64,000 nt of DNA from Setoptus koraiensis. Taxonomy: Eukaryota; Animalia; Arthropoda. The notes under the pieces were generated by a model. The model had not been told where the DNA came from and ran no database searches. It saw only the letters and a program-made list of their open reading frames with translations. The stretch is taken from NCBI GenBank assembly GCA_048013815.1, contig CM106585.1:12710001-12774000 (forward strand), given 5' to 3'. Positions 25,640-37,218 of this stretch are shown here, piece after piece. A program made the position numbers and the translations under genes. Each line of letters opens with the position of its first letter. The stretch's first letter is position 1.

Positions 25640-28600
25640 CTACTTGCTGATGCCCACTCTCATGTTGACCGGTGACCTTTTTCTCCTTTGGGCTATCAAG
25701 TTGTAACAACCAGTGAAATCTTTCCAATATTGAGAATCTAAAAACTTTTGCGAGTTACACTGAGCTGGTCCAACTCTGTGAACTGTTTAATTGTTTCACG
25801 ATGAATTGGAAATTGGTAATTGGCAATTGTAAAGCGAATAGTTGCCAACAATGAGCCAAACATTGATGCTGATGAGTTGTGATTATGATCTTTTTCAGGT
25901 GAGATAGGTTCATCAGTTGTCGTATATGGTGAGAGATACTTACGAGCCGCCACATCGTAACAGTTTATCTTTCCATCGCCATTGCAATCACGTTCATGTT
26001 TCTCGATGTATAAATGTATGAGTCTCTCGGCGCATTCTCTATTCGTTGTACAATCAAAGAACGCCTTCTCTTCCAGACTTTGTTGTTGCTCTTGGGACAA
26101 ATCGGGAGCTAGCGTTGTGAATGAGGTAAGAGCTATGTCGGATTCCTTATACTGGTCCCAAGTGATCATGTATGGACCGCAACGGTTTTTGTCTCGTTGC
26201 ATCGAGGTGCATCTGACAGTCTGCACGCAGTTACTGCTTGCCTGTGGGAAAAACAAAATCAATTGGACAATTAGTTTGAGACAACAAATTGATTAGTTGA
26301 TTGATCAAAATTTAGAGGTGTTAGGTGTCTAAATTTTGAAACAACAACTGCAAATAATTGATCACTATTGCACTATTTGTGTTGCTCGCTTACCTCACAA
26401 ATGCACCCTAAACATTCGCTTGATATTCGATTGGGACCGTTGATAACAGAGCTAGAATTATCAAATGTAGTATTGTCATCTGGAACTAAAATATCCTGCG
26501 TTTGACTACTGTTGGGCGAGCTAACAAGACCATAAGTTGATTGTTGTTTATTGTTAGCCTTTGTTGCCATGATTTGACCCCTCACTGGCAATTGTTCGAA
26601 TGGTACCGAATCAACAGGCTCCTTTTCCAAGCCAACAACAGATTTATCTGTAGTAAACACTATATTAGGTACTGGTTGATGTGGGTTTGAGAATGTTGCC
26701 AGTATAGACTGAGCCATTGTTTCGAAAACGCTCTGAGTGGTCATGTCGGGAGTATCTTGAGGAATATTGATTTCCGTTGGAATTGGCGGCGATAAATCAA
26801 CGGCGGAGGAATTTGTTGCACTGCTGTCATCTGATGCCAGTGTATCATTGAATTGTTGCTGTAAAAATGTTGGCTCAGTTGGACTAGTGGGTGCTTGAAT
26901 CTCAATTTGATTAGGCAATAGAGTGGTCTGATCAATCATGGGCACTGCTGTTGTCATAGGAGATTCGGTTGTAGGCATCAATGTTGTTGGCGCTAGTGTG
27001 GTAGTTGTTGTTGTAGTTGTAGATGTAGTTGTTGTCGTAGTTGTGGTTGTTGTTGTTGTTGGCTTCACTGTAGATAGGAGCTGATAGACGGGCCTGTGTG
27101 TTTCCTTGCTTCTTAGAGTATGAGGATCTTTATCTAGATTGGACTGAATAATGGGGTTAACAATTTCTCTCGGATAGGGTGTCGTTGAGCTTGGACCAAA
27201 CAATATTGGCCTGTCTTGTGTGACACTATTTGAGCCGATCTGATTTCTAGTGACAATCCATGGCGCCTTCATCTCATATCCAGCACCACCGCTAGCGCTA
27301 CCGCTGGCGTGATTAGTTTGTTGAGTTTGTAGCGGATTTGTTTGTTGTGGCGGAATGATTGGCTGATGAGATATTGTTGCTGGAACAACCTGCACTAAAT
27401 CGGGTAGTTTCAGGACCGTTGTCGAAGTGGCGAGAGTTGTCTGCCCTCTTTTGTTATTTTGGCCCTCCTGTGCCAATATTGTGTCCAGCGTATGAGAAGC
27501 CATCACTGGCGAAGGGGACGTTCCCAACAGCTCGGTGCGACTGATTAAATCGTGTCCATCTATTCCATTTTGCAGCGTCACTGTATTTGTGTCTGTTGTT
27601 GGCTTAAAATTAACACGACACGTCAGAAATCTGTTCCAATAAGGATCTTTTTGCAAATCCTTGGAGCCACAACCTTGTGGGCCCCGTCTATGGATGGCCG
27701 CGTAATCGTTACAAGTGATGGCGCCATCGTTGTTGCAATCGCGCTTGTATTTTTCCATGTAGTTCCTCATTGTCACCCCGGAACATTCCTTCGATTTGGC
27801 GCAAACCATCCAGTTCGAGCCCGGCCTTTTGCCTGCAATCATCGGTTGATTGCATGATGAATAAATAAATCAATTAATAATTAACAAATTCAACTGTAAT
27901 AGATGATCCAATCATGTATTGAATTATGCAACAGCTACTCACCGTCCTTCCAGTATGCCTGCGATATACCGAAGGGACCGCAAACATTGCCCCCATTACA
28001 GTTGGTGACGTTCATATTGCATCCGGCTATTGCCTCGCAAATGCAGTCTAGACATTCAGAGGTGAGGCTCTCGTTCTTTGCCCTCTTGTCAATCAGATAG
28101 TCTTGTTCCCCTGCCAGTCCGTTAGCTACATAAAATATATTTATATTATTGATAGATGTGACATAAAGATAGAAAAACAATGTTAGCGGCGGTGATTTGT
28201 TGTTGTGGACAGTTATTGTTGCTTCCGCAATAACAATTATAATTGAGTAACAGTTGAATAGAGGCAGCAAAAAGCCGTGCCTACCGTTGTCGTACTTTTG
28301 TAGTCCGTGCATTGTGATTTGTTGAATGCCGTCCAATATCTAGTCGTATAAATCCAACTGGCATTGCATTGGCTGGGCCCACCTCTGTGTAGGGCTGCCA
28401 TGTCGTTACCTTGAGTCGCTCGTGTGAAAAAGAGTTTGAAAGTTAATATAAACTCAAGCTAATCAAATCTGATCTGACCACAAATTATACAGAAATTATC
28501 GATTATTTTAAACGTACAATCTATTTTACCGTCTCCATCACAATCTCTTTTGTGCTTCTTGAAATAAGCTCGAACTGTTTGTTCGGCACAAGCTCTATCT

Positions 28601-30224
28601 TTTGCACATTTCTCAAAATCCTTTGCGCCCCCATTTGATCCTGGCTTGCCAGCGTCTGCCCAGTAGGTGTAACTGTTGTTCGTCGACATACAAATTAAAC
28701 AGCAAGATCATAATAAGATTATGTTTGCTTATCTATGAGCTCTGACGATAGTTAGATGATGATGATGATGAATCTCACCTCAGCTGGAATTGTCCACAGT
28801 AGTATTGTTCACATTTTTTCCCCGTGTCAATCCCGAGACTAGCCTATTTTTGTTTTGTAATAGTATTAATTAGCGATAATAGTGGTAATTGATGATTATG
28901 ATTAGTTTGAATGAATGCTGATCAACATGTATATCACGATGACACGAGTTTTATTGTTGCAAACAATGATGCAAACAACATACTAACACTAATACCTCCG
29001 ATGCAATTGATGCAATTCAATTCGTCACTCAAATCGAAACTTTCTATTATCCTAATCAGGGGACATAGTATCACTAATGTTAAGGTTAGCACTGTGATGA
29101 TGATTTGGTGTCATTGATTGTCGTTGACGATTATTATATTATAATACACAAGTAGATTGGTTTATCATGGGATGAAAAGACGGAAGATGACGCTTAGTTA
29201 ATTATGTGTTGTTTATAATCATAATTATAATCATGTTTGATGCTTGATAAATTTTCGCTTCTTCGTTTGTGTTAATTAAATTTTTATTCCTTCTGTCAAG
29301 CCAGTTCAATTTCATTTGATCCGACACTCTGCAGTGACATTAGATCATTAGGGACAGGAACAGACCGGACTGGAAGGAACTCGCCGATACTCTTTTAGTG
29401 ATTAGCTCATACACTTAGTTGAATACACTTTGTCTATAAGTGGTTCAACTTTATGATCTATGATTGTTGATAACGATGCTGTACTGTATGTTCAATGTAA
29501 ACTAACCTTCTAGAGTAGTTATTGTCAATTTTAGTATCATCTTCTCTGTATGTGCTAGGGTTATAGTGTCTATAAAGAGATGAGTATAGATAAAAAAATA
29601 TTACACAACTGGTTGCTCTTGGTTAGGCCTTAAATGACGAAAGTCATAACTGAAAATAACGTTATGTCTAGATGTTTGTGTGTATGATGCTGAGTCACTG
29701 GTAAGGCACCAAAGTAACGTTTATAAATTAATAATCTAACTGCATAACTGTATAATAAAGCTTCTAGTTTTCACTATCAGTCCCAAATAACACACACACA
29801 CGATACAAATACTATATACATGTTATTATACATATTTTCATCATTCTTATTCCATCCTTTTCTTTCTGTTTCGAAATCTTTCTCTCTCTATCTCTCTATG
29901 TAGTGGTTGAGCTTATCATCTCACTACCAATGCTAACTTTAGCCGATCCAGTTACAAAAGCAAGCTAAACTTGAATCATCTCTCCATAGTTGCATCATCC
30001 ATGATGAAGATCGCATAAAACTGACTCAAGTGTGTCCAAATCAAATGAGCTCAGAGAGAATAGCACTCTTTCTTTAGCTAGTTTTTATTTTTTTCAATTT
30101 GAATATCTTACTCGTTGAGATTGTGCTTGAATAATCCAGGACGCACCACCACTGATACGGATTGGTCGACTGTGATTGCCAAAATTGTGTTGTGAGGAGA
30201 AAAAGAATCGCTTCGCGAATCTAC
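25640..30224 (-). CDS. Multi-domain invertebrate (i-type/destabilase) lysozyme-like protein: three domains and a ~390-aa mucin-like spacer, at least 878 aa, 5' end unresolved. Exons 30224-30112, 29569-29507, 29051-28988, 28843-28779, 28672-28518, 28409-28296, 28125-27943, 27832-26394, 26241-25944, 25782-25640
   Basis: Three sets of i-type motifs (CINCIG / CLDCICEA / CLGCICEA; CGQFQL..YW / CGPFGI..YW / CGPYMI.W; RDC.(G/N)DG.I.C.D.AA.HR.GP) are joined by phase-compatible GT-AG introns. The three most 5' exons and the 28296 and 28988 donors are less certain. Confidence 0.85.
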
Positions 30225-32184
30225 CTGTATCTATATTCTATATATCCATCTTCTCGATATAACAACCTAAATTTATTGATCGATCCATTATTAATCACTA
30301 CGCTCTATCAATATTCATTTCAATGCCGTGCCGCATAGTAGTAATAATGCTAATTAAAGTGCAAGGCCAATAGCTGGCAGGAAATGGCCAAAGATGCTTT
30401 CACATGTCTATAACAAGACATGGCGATGTGTGTGTCGCAATGAATGATACATATCTCTTTATACTCAACGCTTATTTGTTCAGTTGAGCTTAGTATTTAG
30501 ATCAATTCTAAATTATTGAACTTCGAATCATGTAGATTTGGCGATTATCAATGGTTAGTCAGAATTATCAGACAATGTTTACCATCCGACTCTACTAACA
30601 TACTCTAAGCTAACTGAACTAACAGTTTTCTTACACGCATAGTTGTTTCCGTTTGATTCAGAGAGATTCAATCTCAAAATGAGGCCATCACAATCTCAGT
30701 TGCTCATAATTACCACTTCTACGGGGCGACTCTCTTTTTCCAGACAAAAATCGTTCACCAAACTTTAGCTCGAACGACTTTTAGCGGACTCAATGAACAA
30801 TTTTTGTTGATGGAGACTTGTATAATAACACACATGTCGAGTACTTCAAGTTAAAGTTTTTTCAAGTTTCTATTCATTGGATACGCCTGGTGAGGATGGT
30901 CAACTTGCTATTAGCTTAATGAGATAACAAGTCTTGAATCAGTGCTTTCTTAACTACTAACTTATTTTCAGTTTATCGACTTAGTTGCGCCAAATACTAT
31001 CAAGCGCATATCATGCTGCGAGTATCTGGTTGGCCCGCCGGTTAACAAAAAGAAGCTTTTCTTGTAGATATGAATGGAGTGGTCATGCTTTGTTAAGTTG
31101 TTGAATACATCAGGAAAGAAGAGAGAATTATTAATAATGTATTCACATAAGACAAACAACGATTTTATCTCACCTGGCTTAATATTTCTTATTACATACA
31201 TGCTAGCTATAGCAGTATGAGAATAGCGGATCATGACCTTAACTCAAGTTGGCTCCTACAACTTAGTGGCTGCGGATAGCACGGCCAGATACTAATGCCT
31301 TAGGTAAATCTCGAAGAACACCCTTTCTCGTTGCAATCAGTGCCAAGTTAAACCATACATATACTCCTTCTTTTCTTTGTCTCAGGCTATGCAGGACAAT
31401 GCAAGCCACAACAACCTTGATTAGTTCAAGGTGGAATTGTACTTCCAGATAGGTAAAAACTCGGTAACCATTTAGTGTTACTATACCAAACTAAACACAC
31501 AGTTCTACGGTACTAAAGTAATGAAAATCTTGACATCAATAAATAGAATCAGCAACTACAACCGTTGCTGCTTGCCTCTCACGATAATACTTCAAGGCAT
31601 GGCGAAGTATTTTGAGTCTGAATAAATAGTAAAAAATAGCGGTAGAAAATCACAGTTTCAAGAATATTTTTTTTTACCAACACTGCTGAGAATGTTGCTC
31701 TTCTCTCTGTATGTATTAACAACAACTTTGTAATGATAAACTCTTTAGCGTGGAAACTCACACAAACACACTTCTGGTACTCCTACTCATGATGAGGCAT
31801 GAATAGTTGTAATAATTATAGTTATGTAACTAGGATGTTCGGCTCTCTGTTCTCTCTCTCTCTCTCTCCTTACTTGGTCAAACCCCTAGGAAAGAAGCTA
31901 TCTTGGCCTAGAGGTTCGATCTATGAATCCAGTTGAATGAACCAATACACCACTGCAGTCTCATTTGAATTGACACACAACGCGGCTACATGAATATTTT
32001 TCAGAAGTTTGTAAATTCACAAAGTTTTAAAGCTCTAGTGGCAATTAGCAATAGTAACACGCAAAATACATTACTTAAGAAACAGCAGAAGGGTTATTTA
32101 TTTTCACTGGCAGTAGCAGTTGTAGTATTGGCACACAGGGATAATCAAAGACAATAATTGACAAGCAAAATAGAAGAAAGAACA

Positions 32185-32794
32185 ATGTCAAGGTGTTTGA
32201 TAAAAACTAGCTTCAAACTTGTCGCCCTATTTGTAGTTTTATGTACTTTGGCAAGTGCCGATAACAAACAATCGAATACTGCAACACAATCACGACAGTC
32301 GTCGGCGGCTACAATTCTAGGAACATTGGGTTCCATGGTACCAGGCCTCATAACAAATGTAGGTCCGCTTGTCTTATTGTTTGGCCTGGGTGCCCTGATG
32401 GTTCCGGCCCTTGGCTTGGGCGCTCTAGGATTACTGCGTGAAGGACGAAGAAGGTAAGCAAACAACTATTCTATCTTGAGAGTCTTATCACTTATGACAC
32501 ACAACTGGCAGGCTGGTTCCCCATTAACAATCTATCTAATGTCCACATTAATAATTGTGCCCTCTCAATTCATCTCCTCGCCCCATCATCGCTAGCTCGC
32601 CTGATACACAACTTCCTTACCACAACCAGTATGGCAGACCGCTCCAGCCAACACCAAGCGATTTCTACTTCATGACAGGACGATCATTTCCCTCATTGTC
32701 CAATATCAACACATCGGCTATCATGAATGGTCTAGGCGAATTATTTGAGACAGTCATGAAGGCCATCGACAATGTTGACAAGAAATACAATTAA
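32185..32794 (+). CDS. Small secreted or membrane orphan protein, 155 aa. Exons 32185-32453, 32596-32794
   Basis: Signal peptide (LVALFVVLCTLASA), Gly/Leu-rich hydrophobic stretch, then GRR. The AG|GTAAGC..CTAG|C intron keeps the frame open. Confidence 0.75.
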
Positions 32795-33104
32795 ATAATC
32801 ACATATTACTCATATGTGTTTATGGAGCAAGCACGATGAAAATTTCAACTATTTCTTTCATTCGATGTCACGAACAAGAAAAACAGAGTTGCAGAGATTA
32901 TCCCACAACGATAGGCTGTTCATTGTCTTTGGTCCCGTCCTTTCAGCAATTGTACCATTTATTTGTAAACAAGATGACAATATTTATTAAACTAGTTGCT
33001 TAATTTAGTAACTCTAACGTAACTTTAAGTTCTTTGTAATTTAGTTAGAAATCGTTCTTGAGTCATTAGTTTTTGAACGAAAAAGTGTTCAGCTAAGTTT
33101 TCTA

Positions 33105-33863
33105 CTATGTCGCAGTGGTATTGTCTGTTTTGATTTTCTTAGGTCTTGGATCGTGAACCATCTCGATGGCTGCATTTACTTGATTCTTTCTTATTTTAGA
33201 CAATTTAATCGCTCTGTGGCCAGCTATATGCACAGCCGAATGACACAAGTTGCTCGGAAGAAAAAATAGTGGCCCAAGACTAACAACATCCTTTGGATTG
33301 CGCAATCTAAATATATCACTTGTTCCACTAGATAATATTATGTTTTTTCTACTTTTCTCTATGAGATTTTGTCCACCACAGATGATGTTCCGCCTAAATG
33401 TTGAGCCTGCTTGTGCTTTAGAATAGTTTATCTCCAGGCAAACTCCTTTTGTTTCTAATATTTTAAAGCTCACTTTAAACAAACTAAAATCTGCACGCTC
33501 CTCAAAGCTGAATGTCAATATATCAAAGTCTGATGGTCCACCACACAAATAACTGAGCATCTTTTTGTTAAGTGGCTCCAGTGCCAACAGGTCGTAGCGT
33601 TTTGATTCGACAGATTGGTTTAGTTTGTAAATTTGAATAGGATCGCTTATGGCCACCGTAAGACGCGTGTAAATATTTTTTTTATGCTGATACTCCTTTG
33701 GAATATTGGGAGGAGGAGTTATATTGGCTATTTGCTCTGGTAATATTCTAACGGTGATGGCAACAATAGTGAAACCTAACTCCAGTGCCTTCTTTATTTT
33801 GTCCTCTATAACGCGATCGTCGTCGCGATTGGAATCCTCCTCGACAATTATATTCAGGTCCAT
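33105..33863 (-). CDS. RPP30: Ribonuclease P/MRP protein subunit p30, intronless, 252 aa
   Basis: MDLNI, ALELGFTIVAI, IYTRLTV, YDLLALEP, DILTF, GVCLEINYS and NIILSSG..LRNPKDV match the PHP-like RPP30 fold. Confidence 0.9.
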   Translation of the reverse strand: MDLNIIVEEDSNRDDDRVIEDKIKKALELGFTIVAITVRILPEQIANITPPPNIPKEYQHKKNIYTRLTVAISDPIQIYKLNQSVESKRYDLLALEPLNKKMLSYLCGGPSDFDILTFSFEERADFSLFKVSFKILETKGVCLEINYSKAQAGSTFRRNIICGGQNLIEKSRKNIILSSGTSDIFRLRNPKDVVSLGPLFFLPSNLCHSAVHIAGHRAIKLSKIRKNQVNAAIEMVHDPRPKKIKTDNTTAT

Positions 33864-34354
33864 CGTATCGCACAAATGACTTAACTTTATTATGACCTTT
33901 GATTAATCATGAATGATGATTATTAACTATCTATCACAGTATATTCACTTATTGATGTCGCGCTAAATCCATGTCCCAACGTGCCTATATAAAACATCTG
34001 TTCACGACAAGGCTCAAAAACAAGCATTGCACAAGCTCTAGTGCGGCAAAGGGGGGCAACAATCGAGTGCAACGAGTGCTATCAAACAACAAAAAAAGTG
34101 TGATTCATCGTCAAAAAGAGATGCTAGCGTTGATCATCTCATCTAAAATCACAAATTTCTCTTTCCTCAGATCAGATCTCTACGGTTTTTCCTACTCATT
34201 AATCACATTGGATGACTAGACATCGAAATAATTACCGACATTCATTTAACATTACGTCTTTTCACTGAGAGTATTAAAATTTAAAAAAAAACAACAACAG
34301 ATACTTCAACAATCAATTACTAAAATTGGAAATACTTGAAAATATATTCAAAAG

Positions 34355-35179
34355 ATGAGTATCCAGTGGACATTGGTTGCAGGAATTCTCTACTTTGAGA
34401 TAGGACTCGTAATATTGTTGCTGCTTCCATTTCTCAAGCCCAGAACATGGCACAAATTTTTCAAGTCCCGCTTCCTCAGGAGTATAGAGAATCAGGCCAA
34501 TTTATACTTCATGGTATTTATTGTCATTCTCGTGCTCCTATTTATGGGTAAGTCAACAGTACACTCGACACGTCGCTGTCAATACCGAAACTAAGCAGTT
34601 TTGTTGATATATTGATTCGTCCTTTGTTTTTTCTTTTCTATTGTCGCATCCTCTATCCGAAACTCAGACTCAATCAGGGAAATGAGTAAATATTCTTCGA
34701 ATTTCGAATCAGATTCTCACAGTTCGAGGCACGTCGATGCTGAATTACAACACTCGATGAAACTGTTCAGAGCACAACGAAACTTTTATATCGCCGGTTT
34801 TGCATTATTCTTATTTTTGGTCATTAGACGCCTGATCACTTTGATGTCTGCCATGGCTCAGCTAGACATTAGAGCTGAAGCCATTGAGAAACAAGCCAAA
34901 GGAGCTTCAGCTGCGGCTAGAGCAGCAATGTCGGCCGCATCAGAGTCTGCCGATGGAGACAAAAAGGCATCATCTGGACAGCAATCCGAGAAGGACAAAC
35001 AATTAGCTGATGAGAACAAAAAATTGAAAGAAGAAGTCTCCAAATTGAAAGCCACTCACGAGGCTGCTCTCAGCCAGGCCAAGAACGTTAGCGCCGAGTA
35101 TGACAGACTGATGCAAGAACATCAAAAATTGCAAAAGAAACAAAAGATTGCCGCGGGTGACAGCAAGAAAGATGACTGA
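34355..35179 (+). CDS. BCAP31: B-cell receptor-associated protein 31. Exons 34355-34547, 34668-35179
   Basis: MSIQWTLVA..LYFEIG, D|SIREM, MKLFRAQRNFYIAGFALFL, a coiled coil and a C-terminal KKDD dilysine motif. Confidence 0.95.
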
Positions 35180-35398
35180 GCAGTATCTTAGAACATCATT
35201 CAGCATTATAAATGTGGGCTTCATGGAAGTTTAAGGTTAGGGACATAATCAGGTTCTTGGTTCTTAGCCGGTTGATTTTTGTAATCAACGTGTCTTATAT
35301 ATTACAGTTGCAAAAATAATAATCATTTACATGTTGTCGAAACAATACTGACTGATAAATATTTACATTCGGCTTGAGTTTTGATGCCTTTCTTCCCT

Positions 35399-35820
35399 CT
35401 ATCGCCGCGATGTTCCACCCTGGGCAGCTCTTACTCTTTCTAATTCTGAGGCGGCGAAAGTGTTGGTCACAGCATCCTTTTCCAGAGCTCTCATTGCGGC
35501 AGCCTCTATCTTAGCCATTTCAGAGGCAAATCTTATTTCTTCGGCATCGCGCTCGATGCTTTTGGCCTGTATTTGGCCGAGCTTTTTCTGAACGTTGGCC
35601 TTATGCTTCGCACCTCTTTCATGGAAATCTACGCTCTAAAGTCAAGGAAAATATTGATCAACATGATGTACGAGGGTATTAGTTATAAAAAAGGTTGATA
35701 GCAAAGAAATGCGATATTATGGATAGTAATATCTTCAAAACTTACTGCTTTGTTGTCTGCGAACCAACACTGGCAGAATTCACAGTATTTCTTCTGTTGT
35801 GATACCCAATATTCCGACAT
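35399..35820 (-). CDS. WBP4: WBP4/FBP21-like matrin-type U1 zinc-finger protein lacking WW domains, 103 aa. Exons 35820-35746, 35635-35399 (not in the supplied ORF track)
   Basis: MSEYWVSQQKKYCEFCQCWFADNKA|SVDFHERGAKHKANVQKKL..KIEAAAMRALEKD resembles the WBP4 N-terminus as I recall it. GTAAGT..TTTAG intron of 110 bp. Confidence 0.85.
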
Positions 35821-36250
35821 ATTTCAACGCAGGATAATCAGTTTGATTGTTTAAATTATTACGAGTAACGTATGCTTGGATTGTGACGAGCAATTAACGA
35901 TATCCGAGTTGATGCCTTCAAGTTGAATCATTTGAGAGCTCTTTAATAGTTTTATGTATTAAATGCACTAACATCAGCTGTTATTCACATTGTTCATGAA
36001 TTGTTTATTTGTGCGGCACACCGTTTGCGCGAGCAATCGGTTCGGTACGCAGAAACAAAACCATCAGCGCGATGACATTCAACATCCAACACTATTGTAA
36101 TGTGTAATATCGCTTCAAACAAACTTCCAGAAGCCTCGCAAGAACATCTATTATCAATATAGGAATACACTAAACTTCTATTGGATCCATGAAGGGCATA
36201 CATCAATATCACTTTGATTCAATAGAGATCCAATCTCAGCGAGCTCTACA

Positions 36251-36868
36251 ATGGATCTGAGCCTACTTAGAGCAATAGAAGAACTGAGTCTAAGATCAGC
36301 CCATCTTGCGTCAGCGACCGAGCATCTCAAAAGCGCTCATGTAAATTCGAACCATGACGGTGACGTGAGCAGTCTGGAGTCTTTGCCAAATAACTGCAGC
36401 TCCTTGAATGAACATCTCTCAAGTGATCAAGATGCGGCCATCAAGGATGATTCTGAGTTAATGATCAATCTAAGATCTCTTATGAACGACCTTAAACCCG
36501 TAAATATTAATCGAGCAAATCTACTTGGACAATCCGGCTCCAACGCCTCAACTACAGATACTGGAACAAATGACGATTTAGACAGGTCAAAACTATTGGT
36601 GGCTCTACTGGGAGAAACGGATGTAGTTAAGAATGCCGTGCAAAAAGTAGGCCGTTTAGTTACTTTAGGCAAGAGAATGGAACAAATCTACAAGTCTATT
36701 TATAGATGTCCCCATACAGAAGTAAACTTGAAAGAGTTGAATATTTTGATAGATGAATTCTTAAAACTATATAACAGTGAGAGCTACATCCGTGAGGTCA
36801 ACGTTTCGCGAATGTATCATGCCTACTGTCTGAAATTAATTGATTTCTGCAGTCATAAAACGTATTGA
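36251..36868 (+). CDS. Hypothetical helical protein, 205 aa
   Basis: ATG-initiated intronless ORF between housekeeping genes, with protein-like composition. No family recognised. Confidence 0.6.
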   Translation: MDLSLLRAIEELSLRSAHLASATEHLKSAHVNSNHDGDVSSLESLPNNCSSLNEHLSSDQDAAIKDDSELMINLRSLMNDLKPVNINRANLLGQSGSNASTTDTGTNDDLDRSKLLVALLGETDVVKNAVQKVGRLVTLGKRMEQIYKSIYRCPHTEVNLKELNILIDEFLKLYNSESYIREVNVSRMYHAYCLKLIDFCSHKTY

Positions 36869-37218
36869 AGTTTGTGTAAGTTTTCGCATTTATCTTTCTG
36901 ATACTTTTTAATAAATAACGTTACAATCGAGTCGATATTTGAGTTAAAGCAAAAAGTGGCTTGTCTAACCATTTTTCAGTGAATACTCCCCCATGTATTC
37001 ATTGTGAACAATTCATGAACATCCATATTGTACTTTTATATCCACACGTGAATATAGATTTGAAATTAGCGCTCGGGCTTTCAATTTTTCCAGCTCAGCA
37101 CCACTTGTTCTTTCGACAGACCTTTAGTCGAACAACAGCGTTTTGTTTACTACTGTGGTTACATTTGTTGCTATCGAAATAACCTTCTTTCGATGTCACA
37201 GTTCTATGCTAATTCACA

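Noticed and set aside
30620-30640. ATG CGT|GTAAGA micro-exon as first exon of the lysozyme-like gene
   Set aside because: It is phase-compatible with exon 30224 but gives no signal peptide, so it is left out of the model pending transcripts.
30968-31460. 88-aa minus-strand ORF with a stop-riddled upstream frame (pseudogene or TE relic)
   Set aside because: There is no transposase, RT or other recognisable motif.
35959-35970. TAAATGCACTA, matching the 5' end of miR-277 as I recall it
   Set aside because: The match stops after 11 nt and there is no complementary hairpin arm.
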